From Hypanus sabinus (lineage: Eukaryota), in assembly GCF_030144855.1 (NCBI RefSeq), contig NC_082731.1:24118001-24182000 (forward strand): a DNA stretch of 64,000 nucleotides, in the 5' to 3' direction. A program made the position numbers and the translations under genes. This document shows, piece by piece, positions 53,760 through 64,000 of the stretch (position 1 is its first letter; each line of letters begins with the position of its first letter). The notes beneath the pieces are model-generated. The model did no database searches. It saw only the letters and a program-made list of their open reading frames with translations, and was not told the origin of the DNA.

Positions 53760-54490
53760 ACAAAATGCTGGAAAAAAGACTCAGCAGACGAGATAGCCAG
53801 TAAAACAAAGAGTACAGTAGATGTTTTGGGACGAGACCTTTAGTTTGTACTAAAGGAAAATTAACAAATGAGGAGTCGCAAATAAAAGTTGAGTGGATGG
53901 ACGATTGAAGCACAAAAAGTGATACGGAAAACGGGAAGGGAGAGTAGTGAAGACTGAGAAGTTCACTGAAGATAGATATAAAGGTCTGAAGAAGGTCTGA
54001 TGGGCATGGAAGTAAAAAAATAAAAGTGTGGAAGTCCCGAAAGCGGTAATGGACAGGAAATACGATTAAGTGAGAGAACGGGAAGAGTGAATGGTAAGGG
54101 GATGGGTCCCTAACGGAAGTTCGATAAATCAATGTTTATGTCCTCATTCTGGAGGCTATACAAACAGAAAGTGGAAGTGAAATATGTGGTTACTGGGACA
54201 TCCCAATTTTAAAGCGGGAGGGGTGTAGATGCTCGGCGTACCGGTCTTCAAATTTGCATCTGGTCTCTCCGTTTGGCAGGATGCCACATCGGGGGAAGAG
54301 GACACAGTCCATGGCCACACACACTCACGGCAGAAGAGTTTCCTATGCTGGAAGGACTGTTCAGGAATCTGAATGATAACGAGGGTGGAGGTGTTTGGCA
54401 GGTATACCATTCGTTACGCTTACAAGGACAAGGCCAGGACCATGAACTGAAACACGATATGCCAGGAAGCACCTTTCAAATCTAGATGCC
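53760..54490 (-). mobile_element. Penelope-like element 3' fragment with degenerate terminus
   Basis: Homologous to the other Penelope 3' arms; minus strand AAAGGTCTCGTCCCAAAACAT at about 53820-53840 resembles the terminal motif. Confidence 0.6.
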
Positions 54491-56691
54491 TGCAATCTTC
54501 ATCGAATAATGCAATGTTGTTGTTTTTTTTTAATTGACTGCAGTTGGGAGAAAATCATTCTCCCTGATGATATCTACCTAACATGACACCGAATTTACAT
54601 GGGATGTGGCATGCATCAAAATTTTCGGAGCATGCAAACAAACTGTTTGATCATAATTGCAATGGGTTGTGCTGCATGAGGTTCCTTCTTGCATGGTCAT
54701 GTCGGAGAACATTTATTAAAGGAAAACCTTCAGATCACAGTTTCAACCATTTAAACAAATAACATATAATCTATAAGCAATGCTGGTAGGTGATGGCATA
54801 CACAGTAAAATATAAAAAGCGATCCTGGTCCATGTCGGGACAGTAACTCAAACTTTACAGAACGAGGGGACAAACTGCAACAGAAAGAACGCAAAGGGTT
54901 TTACACAACAAAAAAAAAACAAACAAAAACTGTTTGACTGGGAAAAGGAATCCACTGACCTCCAGCGAAAAAAAGGCGGAAAAAGCGAAGACCTTCCACG
55001 CACGGAAGTAACGATTAAGAGAGGATAAGATGTTTTTCATTTCATGTTTCCACATTCGAAATTTATCATCATGTTCCGTAACAGAAAGCCTTACTACAAA
55101 ATTATGTGACAATTTTGGTTGGTTATTGTTTTTTTCTGCAACTCCGCCATCAATATTTTGAAATATTCTGCAGAAATACTTAGTGGTCACTTTACTAGGA
55201 ATATTCTGCCCCTATGCATGTGATTGTTAGCTGTCTTCTCCTGATGTGGACAATCACTTTTTTTTATTACGAAGTATTATGCCTTCAGAGATGCTCGTCT
55301 GCTTACCAACGCTGTAACTCGTGATTGCCTGAGATACTGTCAACTTTATTTCTTCTTAAACCAGTCCGGATATTCTTATTTAACGTCTTCTATGAAGAAC
55401 ACGTTTTTGATTCAGAACTGTGATGACTGCATGCTCTTTCCATTTTTGGATCATTATTTATAAACTCCAGAGAATGCTGTATAGTTTTTTCATTTTTGTA
55501 TCATTAATTATTTATATTTGACAGACTATTGTAGTAGAAATTCTCAGGGATAAATCTTTCTGATTTATCCAAGCCGCCCCGTCTGCCAACAACGAACATC
55601 TCATAATCAACGCCGCACTGCTTACGTTTCTTCAACATGCTTTTAGAACAACTGAACTTATTGATATTGTCTGCATATTTCTTTTTCATGCATTGCGTTG
55701 CAAACACAGGATTGGATGAATAGATCATTGCGTTAAATAGCAATTGCACATGAGGACATAATAAAGTGGACACAGAGGCTCGACGAGAAACAGACTGCGG
55801 AACGGTTTAAATGCACCGGCTAACTGAAGAGTGAACTAGTTGATTGTATCAGCCGACCTCTCATTGAATGTCAATGCAGGATACAGCTCCCGTGAGTTGA
55901 CTATGGAAATGAAGAGACGGTGCTTTGGATATATTGTAGACGAAAGTGGAATTCAACCGTTCGTGTGGACAAAATGCTAATGAATTTTTTGGGCATATAC
56001 TGCAGAATGTCTCGTTAAGACCGAACTAAGCTGAGAGGCCATATTTCACGTCGCTACTGTCTGTTAATGTCAAACAACGACAGACAAGTTGAGGACCTGC
56101 CAATTCATTAGTAATCTGCTAGCTGTGTGTAAAGATATCGATTACGCTTGAATACTGGTTACTAGAACAAATGTCAAATCTGATGTACTTTAATGACTCC
56201 AATCCTCGGTCGTGTAAGTTTTTGTAACTCTGAAGCAGTTTTCATTTCACGGAGGCATGCTGAATTGCTCAATCCAGCAATTAAGTGCAATATCTTCATA
56301 GTACTTTACGTCAGCCGTACCAGGAGACTGTTAGGTACCAGTGACGTAGGATAATCCATATTCACACTCGCATTCCTATGTTCGAGCGCTATACATTTCA
56401 ACTCCCTCATTTTCAGAAGCAAATCTGTAATACCCAGGATTTTTCTATGGTGCAATTTTCCACAGTCCTATAACTATTTGGGTTGTCAGAAAATATAGGA
56501 TTCTTGTAGGAAATGCACGCGGACACGGAACAAGATATAAACTGTACTCGAATGTGACACTAGTGGTTAGGAATGGAAACAAATTACGGGAGTGTGAAGC
56601 TAGAATGTGAAATCCCATTCAACATCGAAAAGAAAGAAAGAAAAGAAGTGATGCACCACTTGGCGACAGACCACAGTAACTGCTGGAGTGC

Positions 56692-56730
56692 TGATTAAGT
56701 TTGGATCAGCTGCTATTCTGCAGAAGTGTG
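56692..56730 (-). other. Degenerate 23-RSS of V3
   Basis: CACACTT (56730-56724), exactly 23-nt spacer, ACTTAATCA (56700-56692; 5/9 consensus). Confidence 0.65.
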
Positions 56731-57171
56731 GGTGTCATGGCGCAGAGATATACAGCAGATTCAGAGGTCGAACCAGTGGCGATGGTTATAGGAACAGCCT
56801 TATTTGCTTTCTGATAAATAGCCGAAAACTTCTTTGTAAAATCTGATGACACGACTTGGGTACCGGTCGGCAAAATCTTTAAAAGAAAGCGCGGCGCTCC
56901 TCCAGAGAACTGGATGTACCAGAAGGCAGTGTCACCATCTTGTCCTGCAGGGTAGCTGGCACTTCAGGGTTACATCCCGTCCTTCTTCCACCGTCAGCTC
57001 TGGGGGAAGCTGGGACATTGAATCATCTCCGAAGACCCCTGCAACAGAGAAGGTATATTGTCAAATTAGTCAACACAACGTTAGGTTATGAACACCGACT
57101 GTAGGCAAGACGGAAGGGCATGATAAGGAAAATAGCTCCACTGAGTCCGATTAAATAATAAAAAAGAGCAT
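56731..57171 (-). pseudogene. TCR alpha/delta-type V pseudogene V3
   Basis: TTGCAG acceptor at 57040-57039; V exon 57038-56731 (308 nt). One extra C right after Cys23 (TGCCAGC) shifts the frame. Corrected translation: VFGDDSMSQLPPELTVEEGRDVTLKC-SYPAGQDGDTAFWYIQFSGGAPRFLLKIL...FSAIYQKANK...SESAVYLCAM, a clear paralogue of V1. The leader remnant 57171-57126 (placed by 5'-flank homology to V1) has an in-frame TAA and no GT donor. Confidence 0.9.
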
Positions 57172-57691
57172 TCCTCCTGAAAACTGTGGAAGAAACTTAA
57201 TTGAAGGTCTATTTCCGGCTTCGTTCAAATTGTCTGAGACGCGTTCAAGTGGAAAGGCGCCGACATCCGGTGGCCTAATGATATGTGCAGACTTCTGCCT
57301 CAGGTATTCCTTACATTATAATCTTACTAGACAGTAGACACTAAAACACTACAGCAAGGTACAGGCCCTACGGACGTCGATGCAGTGCCGTCCCATATAT
57401 ACTTTCAAAATAATGAAATAATACTAAACCCACACTACCCCATAATCCAATATTTTACTTTCATCCATGTGCCTGTTCCAGAGGATCTTAGCTACCCCTA
57501 ATCTTTTAGCCTCCGTAACCATCACTGGCAAGTCATTTCAGGCACCCACAAACTTTGTGTAAAAACTTACCCCTGATGTGTTCGCTAAACTTCTCTACAA
57601 TAACCTTGTACATGTGTTCTCTGGCTTTTGCTATTCGTGGCCTGGGAAACAGGTACTGGCTATTCACCCTACCTATGGCTCATACAATCTT

Positions 57692-58570
57692 TGATACATA
57701 CCCCGTTGCTATCTTGTGAATGTCTTATGACCATGACATAATTGAGTAGCTTGTGAGCATGATGCAATTGCATTGTGATTGTGAGGTGATGCAATTTCCC
57801 CGCCAGTGTGAGGTCACATGAATGTAATTTCCCCACAGTTGTGAGATAATATGGTGGCTGTTCCAATAGGTATATAAAAGGAATCTCCTGTTGTCTTGCG
57901 GTTAGTTTTTTCGTTAGTTAGTTAGTTAGTTAATTAGTTATTTAGATAGTTTCTCTGCGTATTCGTCTCATGATGCAGTTTCTTTTAAAACTGGAGTTTT
58001 ATTTTCTATTTTAAGGTGAAAACGTTATTGCCAGCAGTTTCGCCAATCGCTGCCCCTTTTTGTTTGTACACCTTTGTTTTATTTCTACACAGACAGACGG
58101 ATATAATTCATTAATCCCGAGGGAAACTGGCTTTGGTTACAGTCACACCAACCAGGAATAGTGCAGAAATATTGCAAAATAAAACCGTAAATAATTGATT
58201 ATTAATAATAGGTAAATTATGCAAAGTGGCAATAAGTCCAGCTCCAGCCTATTGGCTCAGAGTATCTGACACTCCCAGGAAGGATTTGTAAAGTTTGATG
58301 GCCACAGGCAGGAATGACTTCCTATGACGCTCAGTGCTGCACCTCGGCGGAATGTGTCTCTGGCTGAATGTACTCATGTACTTAACCAGTACATTATGGA
58401 GTGGATGGGAGACATTGTCTAAGAAGGCATGCAACTTGGACAGTCTAATATTGGAGTGTGAAGACCTTACCAAATTTTGAGAACCCGAAGGATTGAGTAA
58501 AGTTGGTGTACTTCGGCGGTTCTATAAATGATCGACTTATTGAATCTTCGTTCCGTAATAGTGGCATGCA
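57692..58570 (+). mobile_element. Truncated second copy of the 431-1356 LTR, interrupted by a LINE fragment
   Basis: TATCTTGTGA..CTTATGACCATGA, CGCCAGTGTGAGGTCAC and ATTGAATCTTCGTTC are shared and collinear with 447-900. Confidence 0.75.
58090..58445 (-). mobile_element. Rex1/Babar (L2-clade) LINE 3' end inserted in the LTR
   Basis: LDNVSHPLH...PRCSTERHRKSFLPVAIKLY matches the C-terminal motif of Rex/Babar ORF2. Confidence 0.75.
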
Positions 58571-59159
58571 TTATGATACGTGATGATGGATGCTGCAGGT
58601 GTTGAGAGGAGGCGGGCAGAGACTTTGTTCTAGTTCACACTCGTACTGAGGTAACGACCAAGGAACTACATAATATCGTTTGGGCCACGGAAGGCGGCGT
58701 GGGTTGTCCATACTTTCCGGGAGAAGTGGAGAATAGCCAGCACGCCAATTTGCATGCCCAGTCTCCTATATCTGGGGGCGAATACTTCAAAGGCAGGTAG
58801 CTCTTTTTTTTTCTGCGGAGCGAGGAGAAAAAGTGTTCAGATTTGAAATGTCTAATGAGCCGCCAGCGAGAAGTGTGAATTCTGAGTTAGTATCAGCCCT
58901 TACCAAAACGGCGAAAAAAAATGCACAGAGCACAGGTAGACGATTCTTGTTACCGAGATCTGAGAACGCTGTCAGGAGATAACGCCCCGACCTGACGGCG
59001 AAGAGCAGTAGGAGATTCAGAAACTTAGATTCTGGATAAGCGGCGGTGTTTTGATGACGTAACACGACCGAGATGATTTACAGTCTGATGGGGCCGGTTG
59101 CTAACGTAGTCAAATCCAAAAAGACACAAAACTCCTTTGTTATTTCTGTGCGCAACATG

Positions 59160-59294
59160 CAAGCGCCAGAAAAGCTTAAGGCGACCATGAAAATCTTCTT
59201 CAAACGGAGTTTTGAGAAAGTGTGTGAAGTACTGACAGCACTAGTGGTGCATCCGTATTCGATTTCAACGTGTAAAAGAAGTTTGGATGGATAG
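59160..59294 (+). mobile_element. Possible hAT transposase C-terminal (dimerisation domain) relic
   Basis: FEKVCEVLTALVVHPYSISTCKRS resembles the FPxVxKLLxxLLxxPVSTAxCERSFS motif; weak, short match. Confidence 0.3.
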
Positions 59295-60479
59295 GGGTAT
59301 GAAGGGCTAGGGCTCCTTTGCAGTTGAATAGCAGCAGGATGCACTTTAAATGGTTTCGGCATGGACAAAGGGACCGACTAGGCTGGTAATGTGCTCCAAT
59401 TCCCTGTCACACTGCTATGTATTATGATTGGCGGATTGATTTATCTAATTATTTTCGTCCTGCACACAGGATGGCATGAGATTCGAAATAGACCAGGTAT
59501 ATGAACGATCTTTTACTTTGATTAGACGTCAACTCACAAGTCAGCTAATGAACTGGGCATTGGGACCTCTGCAGGTTTTTGAAAGACAAACTGAATTCAA
59601 TCTCTCCACTTTTATATGTGAAATTTGGAGCATAGAAACAATTTGTGGCATTGGTTTGGGATAGGATTAGGTTGAGAATTAATTTTAACCCTAAAGCGAC
59701 TCTCAGAATAACGTTTTCATAAAGATTCTGGCAACAGTGGATTACTGTGTCCGGCACTTTAATGCAGCTATTAAACTATTTTATCCACATCATAACATAC
59801 GATGTGAAAAAGAACAGTATGGTCGCTAAGTGGGACGCAGCTAGAGACATACAGAGAGTGGTTAACATACGCAGGAACTGATAAGAACATTGAGATCGAA
59901 AAATGCAAGATACTTTATGAGAATCAGGGTCAGAATCCATCAGCGCACCTGAAGAAAATAACTCAAGTAACGAGGGTGTGTCAGTGCTCAGAGTCCAGGC
60001 GAAAGAAAGAAAGAAAAAAAGTAGTCAAACATTTTTAATAAAAGGGTAGTTCAGCATCGTGAGCCGGATGACTCAGAGAATATTATCAATTTAGATCAAT
60101 CCCAAACCATATCACAACTAGCTAAATCAGAAATTCAGAACATGCTCTTAGGTTAAAATAGAAAGCGACCAAAATCAGTTTAATAACACTGAACTGTGAA
60201 ATGTGATGTTCGGTAGAAATACATAATTGCAATACATAACTAACAATCAATTACAATAGAAAGTATATGAAATTAAATAAGTAGGGCAAAAACAACAAAA
60301 TTAACGAGACCCAGTCCACGACTTTATTTTCATTATTTATTTAGAAATCTGAAGACGTGTCGAACAAGCTTCTAAAACATCAATTTTCTGTTTCTACCTT
60401 CCTGTATCTCCTACTTGACTCTAACTATTTGAACAATGCGTAGACCCTACATGCTAGACAGTGATGCGACCACTGAAAT

Positions 60480-60760
60480 GGGCCTCCGAAGATCATATGT
60501 AGAAATTTATGAGATTATTTGCCGAGTTATCAATTCACCTGAAACTCCAAATGGAACGTAGCGGCTGCCGTCCCTTCTTTGTAATTGCATGAATACGTCG
60601 GTTCTAGATACATCTTCAGAGATGCTGATGCAGAGGAGTTTGATTCTGTTCACCATTTCCACTGCTGGTCGGTTAATCTGTATTATTCTATATTCCAACG
60701 ACTTCCTCTTGCATTGTTCACAAACATTTCCAGAGAGGTACAGCTGTTGAATGAAAGTTT
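60480..60760 (-). mobile_element. L2/Rex-type RT C-terminal fragment
   Basis: AVEMVNRIKLLCISISED resembles VExVxxFKFLGVxISED. Confidence 0.5.
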
Positions 60761-61225
60761 GTTCTGGCATCATTACTGAAACAGCTGATTTGACACAGAA
60801 CAACTTTACTCTCTTCGACCTTTTCCCTGCTGATCATGCTATGAGCAGTATTGTATGTTTCTCGCACTCCTTTTTTCTCAATACACAATCGATTCCTTGC
60901 TGTAGTGACTTTCAACGCATTTCCTCTCTGTTTTTTATTTTTATTTTTTAACACACCCTATTTTGCCCCTGTATTTTTCTCATCAGCACCTAGAATACTG
61001 CGAACGCTAGTTTTCTCATCCTGAAAATTACAGGGGGCGTTTGGTCTGTGACAGAGGGAGAGGGATGTTGGGAGCTGTCCGAATGATGCGCCATTTTCCT
61101 ATGACAAGCTACTCAGAGATCGAGGGAGCGCCCCGTGTCCCTTCAATTGTACAGACTGACCTACGTTTCATTTCCAGTCTCTGAGTCGAAGCATGTACAT
61201 CCTGTAAAAGTTCTAACCCGATGTC

Positions 61226-61658
61226 ATGCGCTCCTCATATTACATTATTATTACTATTTCTCTGCTACCCGGTGAGTCTCTGTTTATCTGCTCCTGGTGC
61301 CTATCGGGGGAGTTACGTTCGCACTTCTCACACTTATTCTCTGTCTTGCAGGAACATCTGGAAAATACCCTGTATCCCAGTATCTCTCCGAGATAACTGT
61401 TGTGGAAGGAAACAGCATAACTGTGAACTGCACATATCCAGTAACTTTGAATGCAGATACTTCTGTCTGGTATGTTCAAAACCTCGGGGAAACACCAAGT
61501 TATTTGCTAATAAAAATGAAAACTGGTTATGAGGAACAGTCACCTAATTTGCCAGACAAGTTTCCCACAGATTATCTCAGCAAAAACCGGTCGGTTACTT
61601 TATCAATCTACGTGGATCTTGTCTCCGACTCGGCCATGCATGTCTCCGCAATAATGCC
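61226..61658 (+). pseudogene. TCR alpha/delta-type V segment V2: open reading frame but lacking Cys104 (ORF/pseudogene class)
   Basis: Leader exon 61226-61271 (46 nt, MRSSYYIIITISLLP-G), GTGAGT donor, 80-nt intron, TTGCAG acceptor. V exon 61352-61658 is open: TSGKYPVSQYLSEITVVEGNSITVNCTYP...SVWYVQNLGETPSYLL...LVSDSAMHVSAIM. Cys104 codon is TCC (Ser). Shares CCCGGTGAGTCTCTGTTT at the donor with V1. Confidence 0.88.
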
Positions 61659-61697
61659 CGCATTAATTCAAGAAAGCAGCAGACCGGCACAAAAACT
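61659..61697 (+). other. 23-RSS of V2 with defective heptamer
   Basis: CGCATTA (61659-61665; the critical CAC is changed to CGC), 23-nt spacer, ACAAAAACT (61689-61697; 8/9). Confidence 0.85.
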
Positions 61698-63329
61698 TTT
61701 GCAACAGCTACTGGCATTTCTCAATAGTGGACGCTCTCGCTGGAATATGGACTAGAATAAGGAAACAACCGGAAAACCACAATGCATCAAGTTTCATTTC
61801 CTTTCACAGATATACCTTAGTTCACTGAGCCGCCGCCATATCTCACTGTCCTCTCAGCCCCAGTCGTATGTTTTCTTTTGGCTCCCGAGAATCTGAAGCA
61901 GCTGCGAACATAAAACAACATGGAACACGGAGACAAGTCCTTCAGCACACAAGTATTGCCACCTAACCAAGCAATTTGATAAATGAATAGCCAACAACAA
62001 AACAATTTCTATCTACACATTCTTCATACCTATCTAATTTGCTCACACAAGTGCTAATCGGAACGTCACTTAAAAATTCCAAATGTATTGCTTCTGTTTG
62101 TACCAGCACGACAAGCAGCGGATTGAAGGGATTGTCCACTCTCTGTTGAAAAAAAAAAGAATATGATCCTTATTTCTACTTTCAAATTACTCTCGCACAA
62201 AGCAACTTCCTGCCTAATGCTACTGCCTTTACAATTCTGTAAAAAAAAAATAAGGTACGGTGATGTGTCCTCTGTCTATGCCTTACTATTTTAAATTATT
62301 TTCTGCACCTTCGATCAGATATCCACTTAGCCTCGGCTGTTCCATTTTAAAACATCCAAGTTGTTCGGCCTCTCGTTACAGTACATACTCGCTTATTAGA
62401 GTACAGCATCCTCGTAGACCTCTTTTACACTGTCGCCAAATCCTCGGCTTCGTTTCTAGAATAGACCCAAAAAAACTACATGCAACCATCCAAATGCAAC
62501 CGAAATCTGTTCCTAACATTAGTTTGAAATTTGACTTTGAATTCGAGATTAACCGATTATTAATGGACGATGAAAAATGTCATCTTAATTTAGTTGAGCT
62601 CAGTATCACTGATAAAGACAAGTATGCTACATGCCTTCTAACTCCTTTATGAACCTCCATAACAATTTAGAAGAAGCAATGATCTTGGAACCCACGACAC
62701 CACCCACCCCCCAGCTTAAAAACGCTTGCATTTTAGAACCATTATCTTGTATTTCAGTGTAATCTTTTTGAGGTAATTGCGACTGGGGCATGCTTCAGGC
62801 ATTATATGAGCATTTAAAGAGGAATCTCCTTTAGTTTTCTGGTATGCTACATTGTGTCAGTGAGAATTCATTTTCTCCTAGTTTTGCTCAGACGCTCCTC
62901 CAGGCTATTAATATTACTATACTATCTAAGATCCAGCTTACGTCTCTTCCTGGGGATGCTCTCCTCATGTTTCGAGCTGTAAACTTGCAGATCGCAACAC
63001 CTGAGATGAGTAGGTTTGTGTCAGAGCGGATGAAATACATCGTGGTGTCGCACTGTCTCTAATCCGAGGCCCTAGTTCTGTTCTCCAGCCTCTTGTTTTC
63101 CTCCTTCATTGGGGATCCTGTCGTACCTCAGCCGCTGGGTTCAGACAATTGAGAAAGCATGGTGACTCACAACACACAATATAAACCCATTAGAGATTTT
63201 GAGAATTTTCAGTCAATGTTCAAGATTATTTTCCGAGGCTTTCGGGTTCAACAGTTTTCGTAATGTCTTTCACCACGTTTTTTTTTTTGTACCCGAGTTA
63301 CAAGCTCTGTTCCTTCGTCATGTAATATT

Positions 63330-64000
63330 TCTAGATTTTATGCAATGCTTACGAGTTTTGGGTGGCTGGTCCGGGTTTTGTGCCGTGCTTCGAGTCGAAT
63401 GCATTTTCCCCATTTGCAGATCTGTCCGGGGTTCTCACCGCTGCTTTGAGCTCCAGGTCTGTCTAGTGTTTCACAGATCTGTCTCGGGAGCTCCACTGAG
63501 ATACACACCCACGTTGATTTTTTCGGGCTTGGGAACCTACCACGAGGTCCTTTTCTGATGTGAAAGCTCTGCCCCAAGCTCTCTGCCTCGTAATTTTCCA
63601 GAACAGCTTCAGAGGCATCAGAGCTATTCAAAAGTTGGAAAATAAATGAATGGCTGAGGGCTAGGAGCGGTGGCCGGGATTCAGATTTCTGGATCATTGG
63701 GACCTCTTCCGGAGCAGATGTGCGTTTAGAAAAAAGAACAGTTTGCACTTTGTCACGGGATAAATATAGTGGTGTAGTTTCATAAGGCTAGTGGGGACAG
63801 TTCAATCTACAGTTGCTGGGGGAGGAAGTTTGGGAACCAAACTGAAGTGCGGATGTAGGGCATGGTTCACAAACAGAGAAAGACTGGCGACAATGAGAAA
63901 GAGAGGGCAGGCACGTGATTGAGAATGCACATGTTAGGTCCGTCGGTTTGAGATGTGCCTATTTTAATTAAGGTTGTATTATGTACAAAGTAGATGAGCT
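63330..64000. mobile_element. CR1 ORF1/ORF2-junction relics (mixed orientation)
   Basis: FLDHWDLFR (esterase C-terminal motif) at about 63685; GLRCAYFN...MYKVDE (start of CR1 APE) at the window end. Confidence 0.55.

Noticed and set aside
58740-59294. Histone H2B-like impression (CCAAT/octamer/TATA plus ALTKTAKK)
   Set aside because: No continuous histone-fold ORF; the similarity is limited to a few residues.
1-64000. The many 60-170-aa ORFs in the supplied track; CRISPR, tRNA or rRNA genes
   Set aside because: Other than the V segments, the ORFs are TE fragments, antisense shadows of TEs, low-complexity or span N gaps. No regularly spaced repeat-spacer array or structural RNA gene was recognised.

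Overview
Eukaryotic, gene-poor, repeat-dense DNA, most likely from a cartilaginous fish. This is inferred from the repeat complement (esterase-ORF1 CR1 LINEs with (TATTGTC)n-like tails, Penelope, L1/Tx1, Rex/L2, BEL and Gypsy relics) together with T-cell-receptor V segments. The only host genes I can support are three related TCR alpha/delta-type variable segments, each with a leader exon, short intron, V exon and 23-bp-spacer RSS. V1 (32048-32470, minus) is intact and potentially functional, with a near-perfect RSS but an atypical H-L-C in place of Y-Y-C. V3 (56731-57171, minus) is a frameshifted pseudogene not visible in the supplied ORF track. V2 (61226-61658, plus) has an open frame but has lost Cys104 and carries a CGC heptamer. 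V3 and V2 lie back-to-back in opposite orientations. No D, J or C segments were found. Most of the remainder is decayed or nested retroelements, including a near full-length CR1 inserted in an apparently full-length L1. There are two 128-N gaps. Coordinates of V segments and RSSs were counted base by base; TE boundaries are approximate. All identities were judged by eye and no database searches were run.
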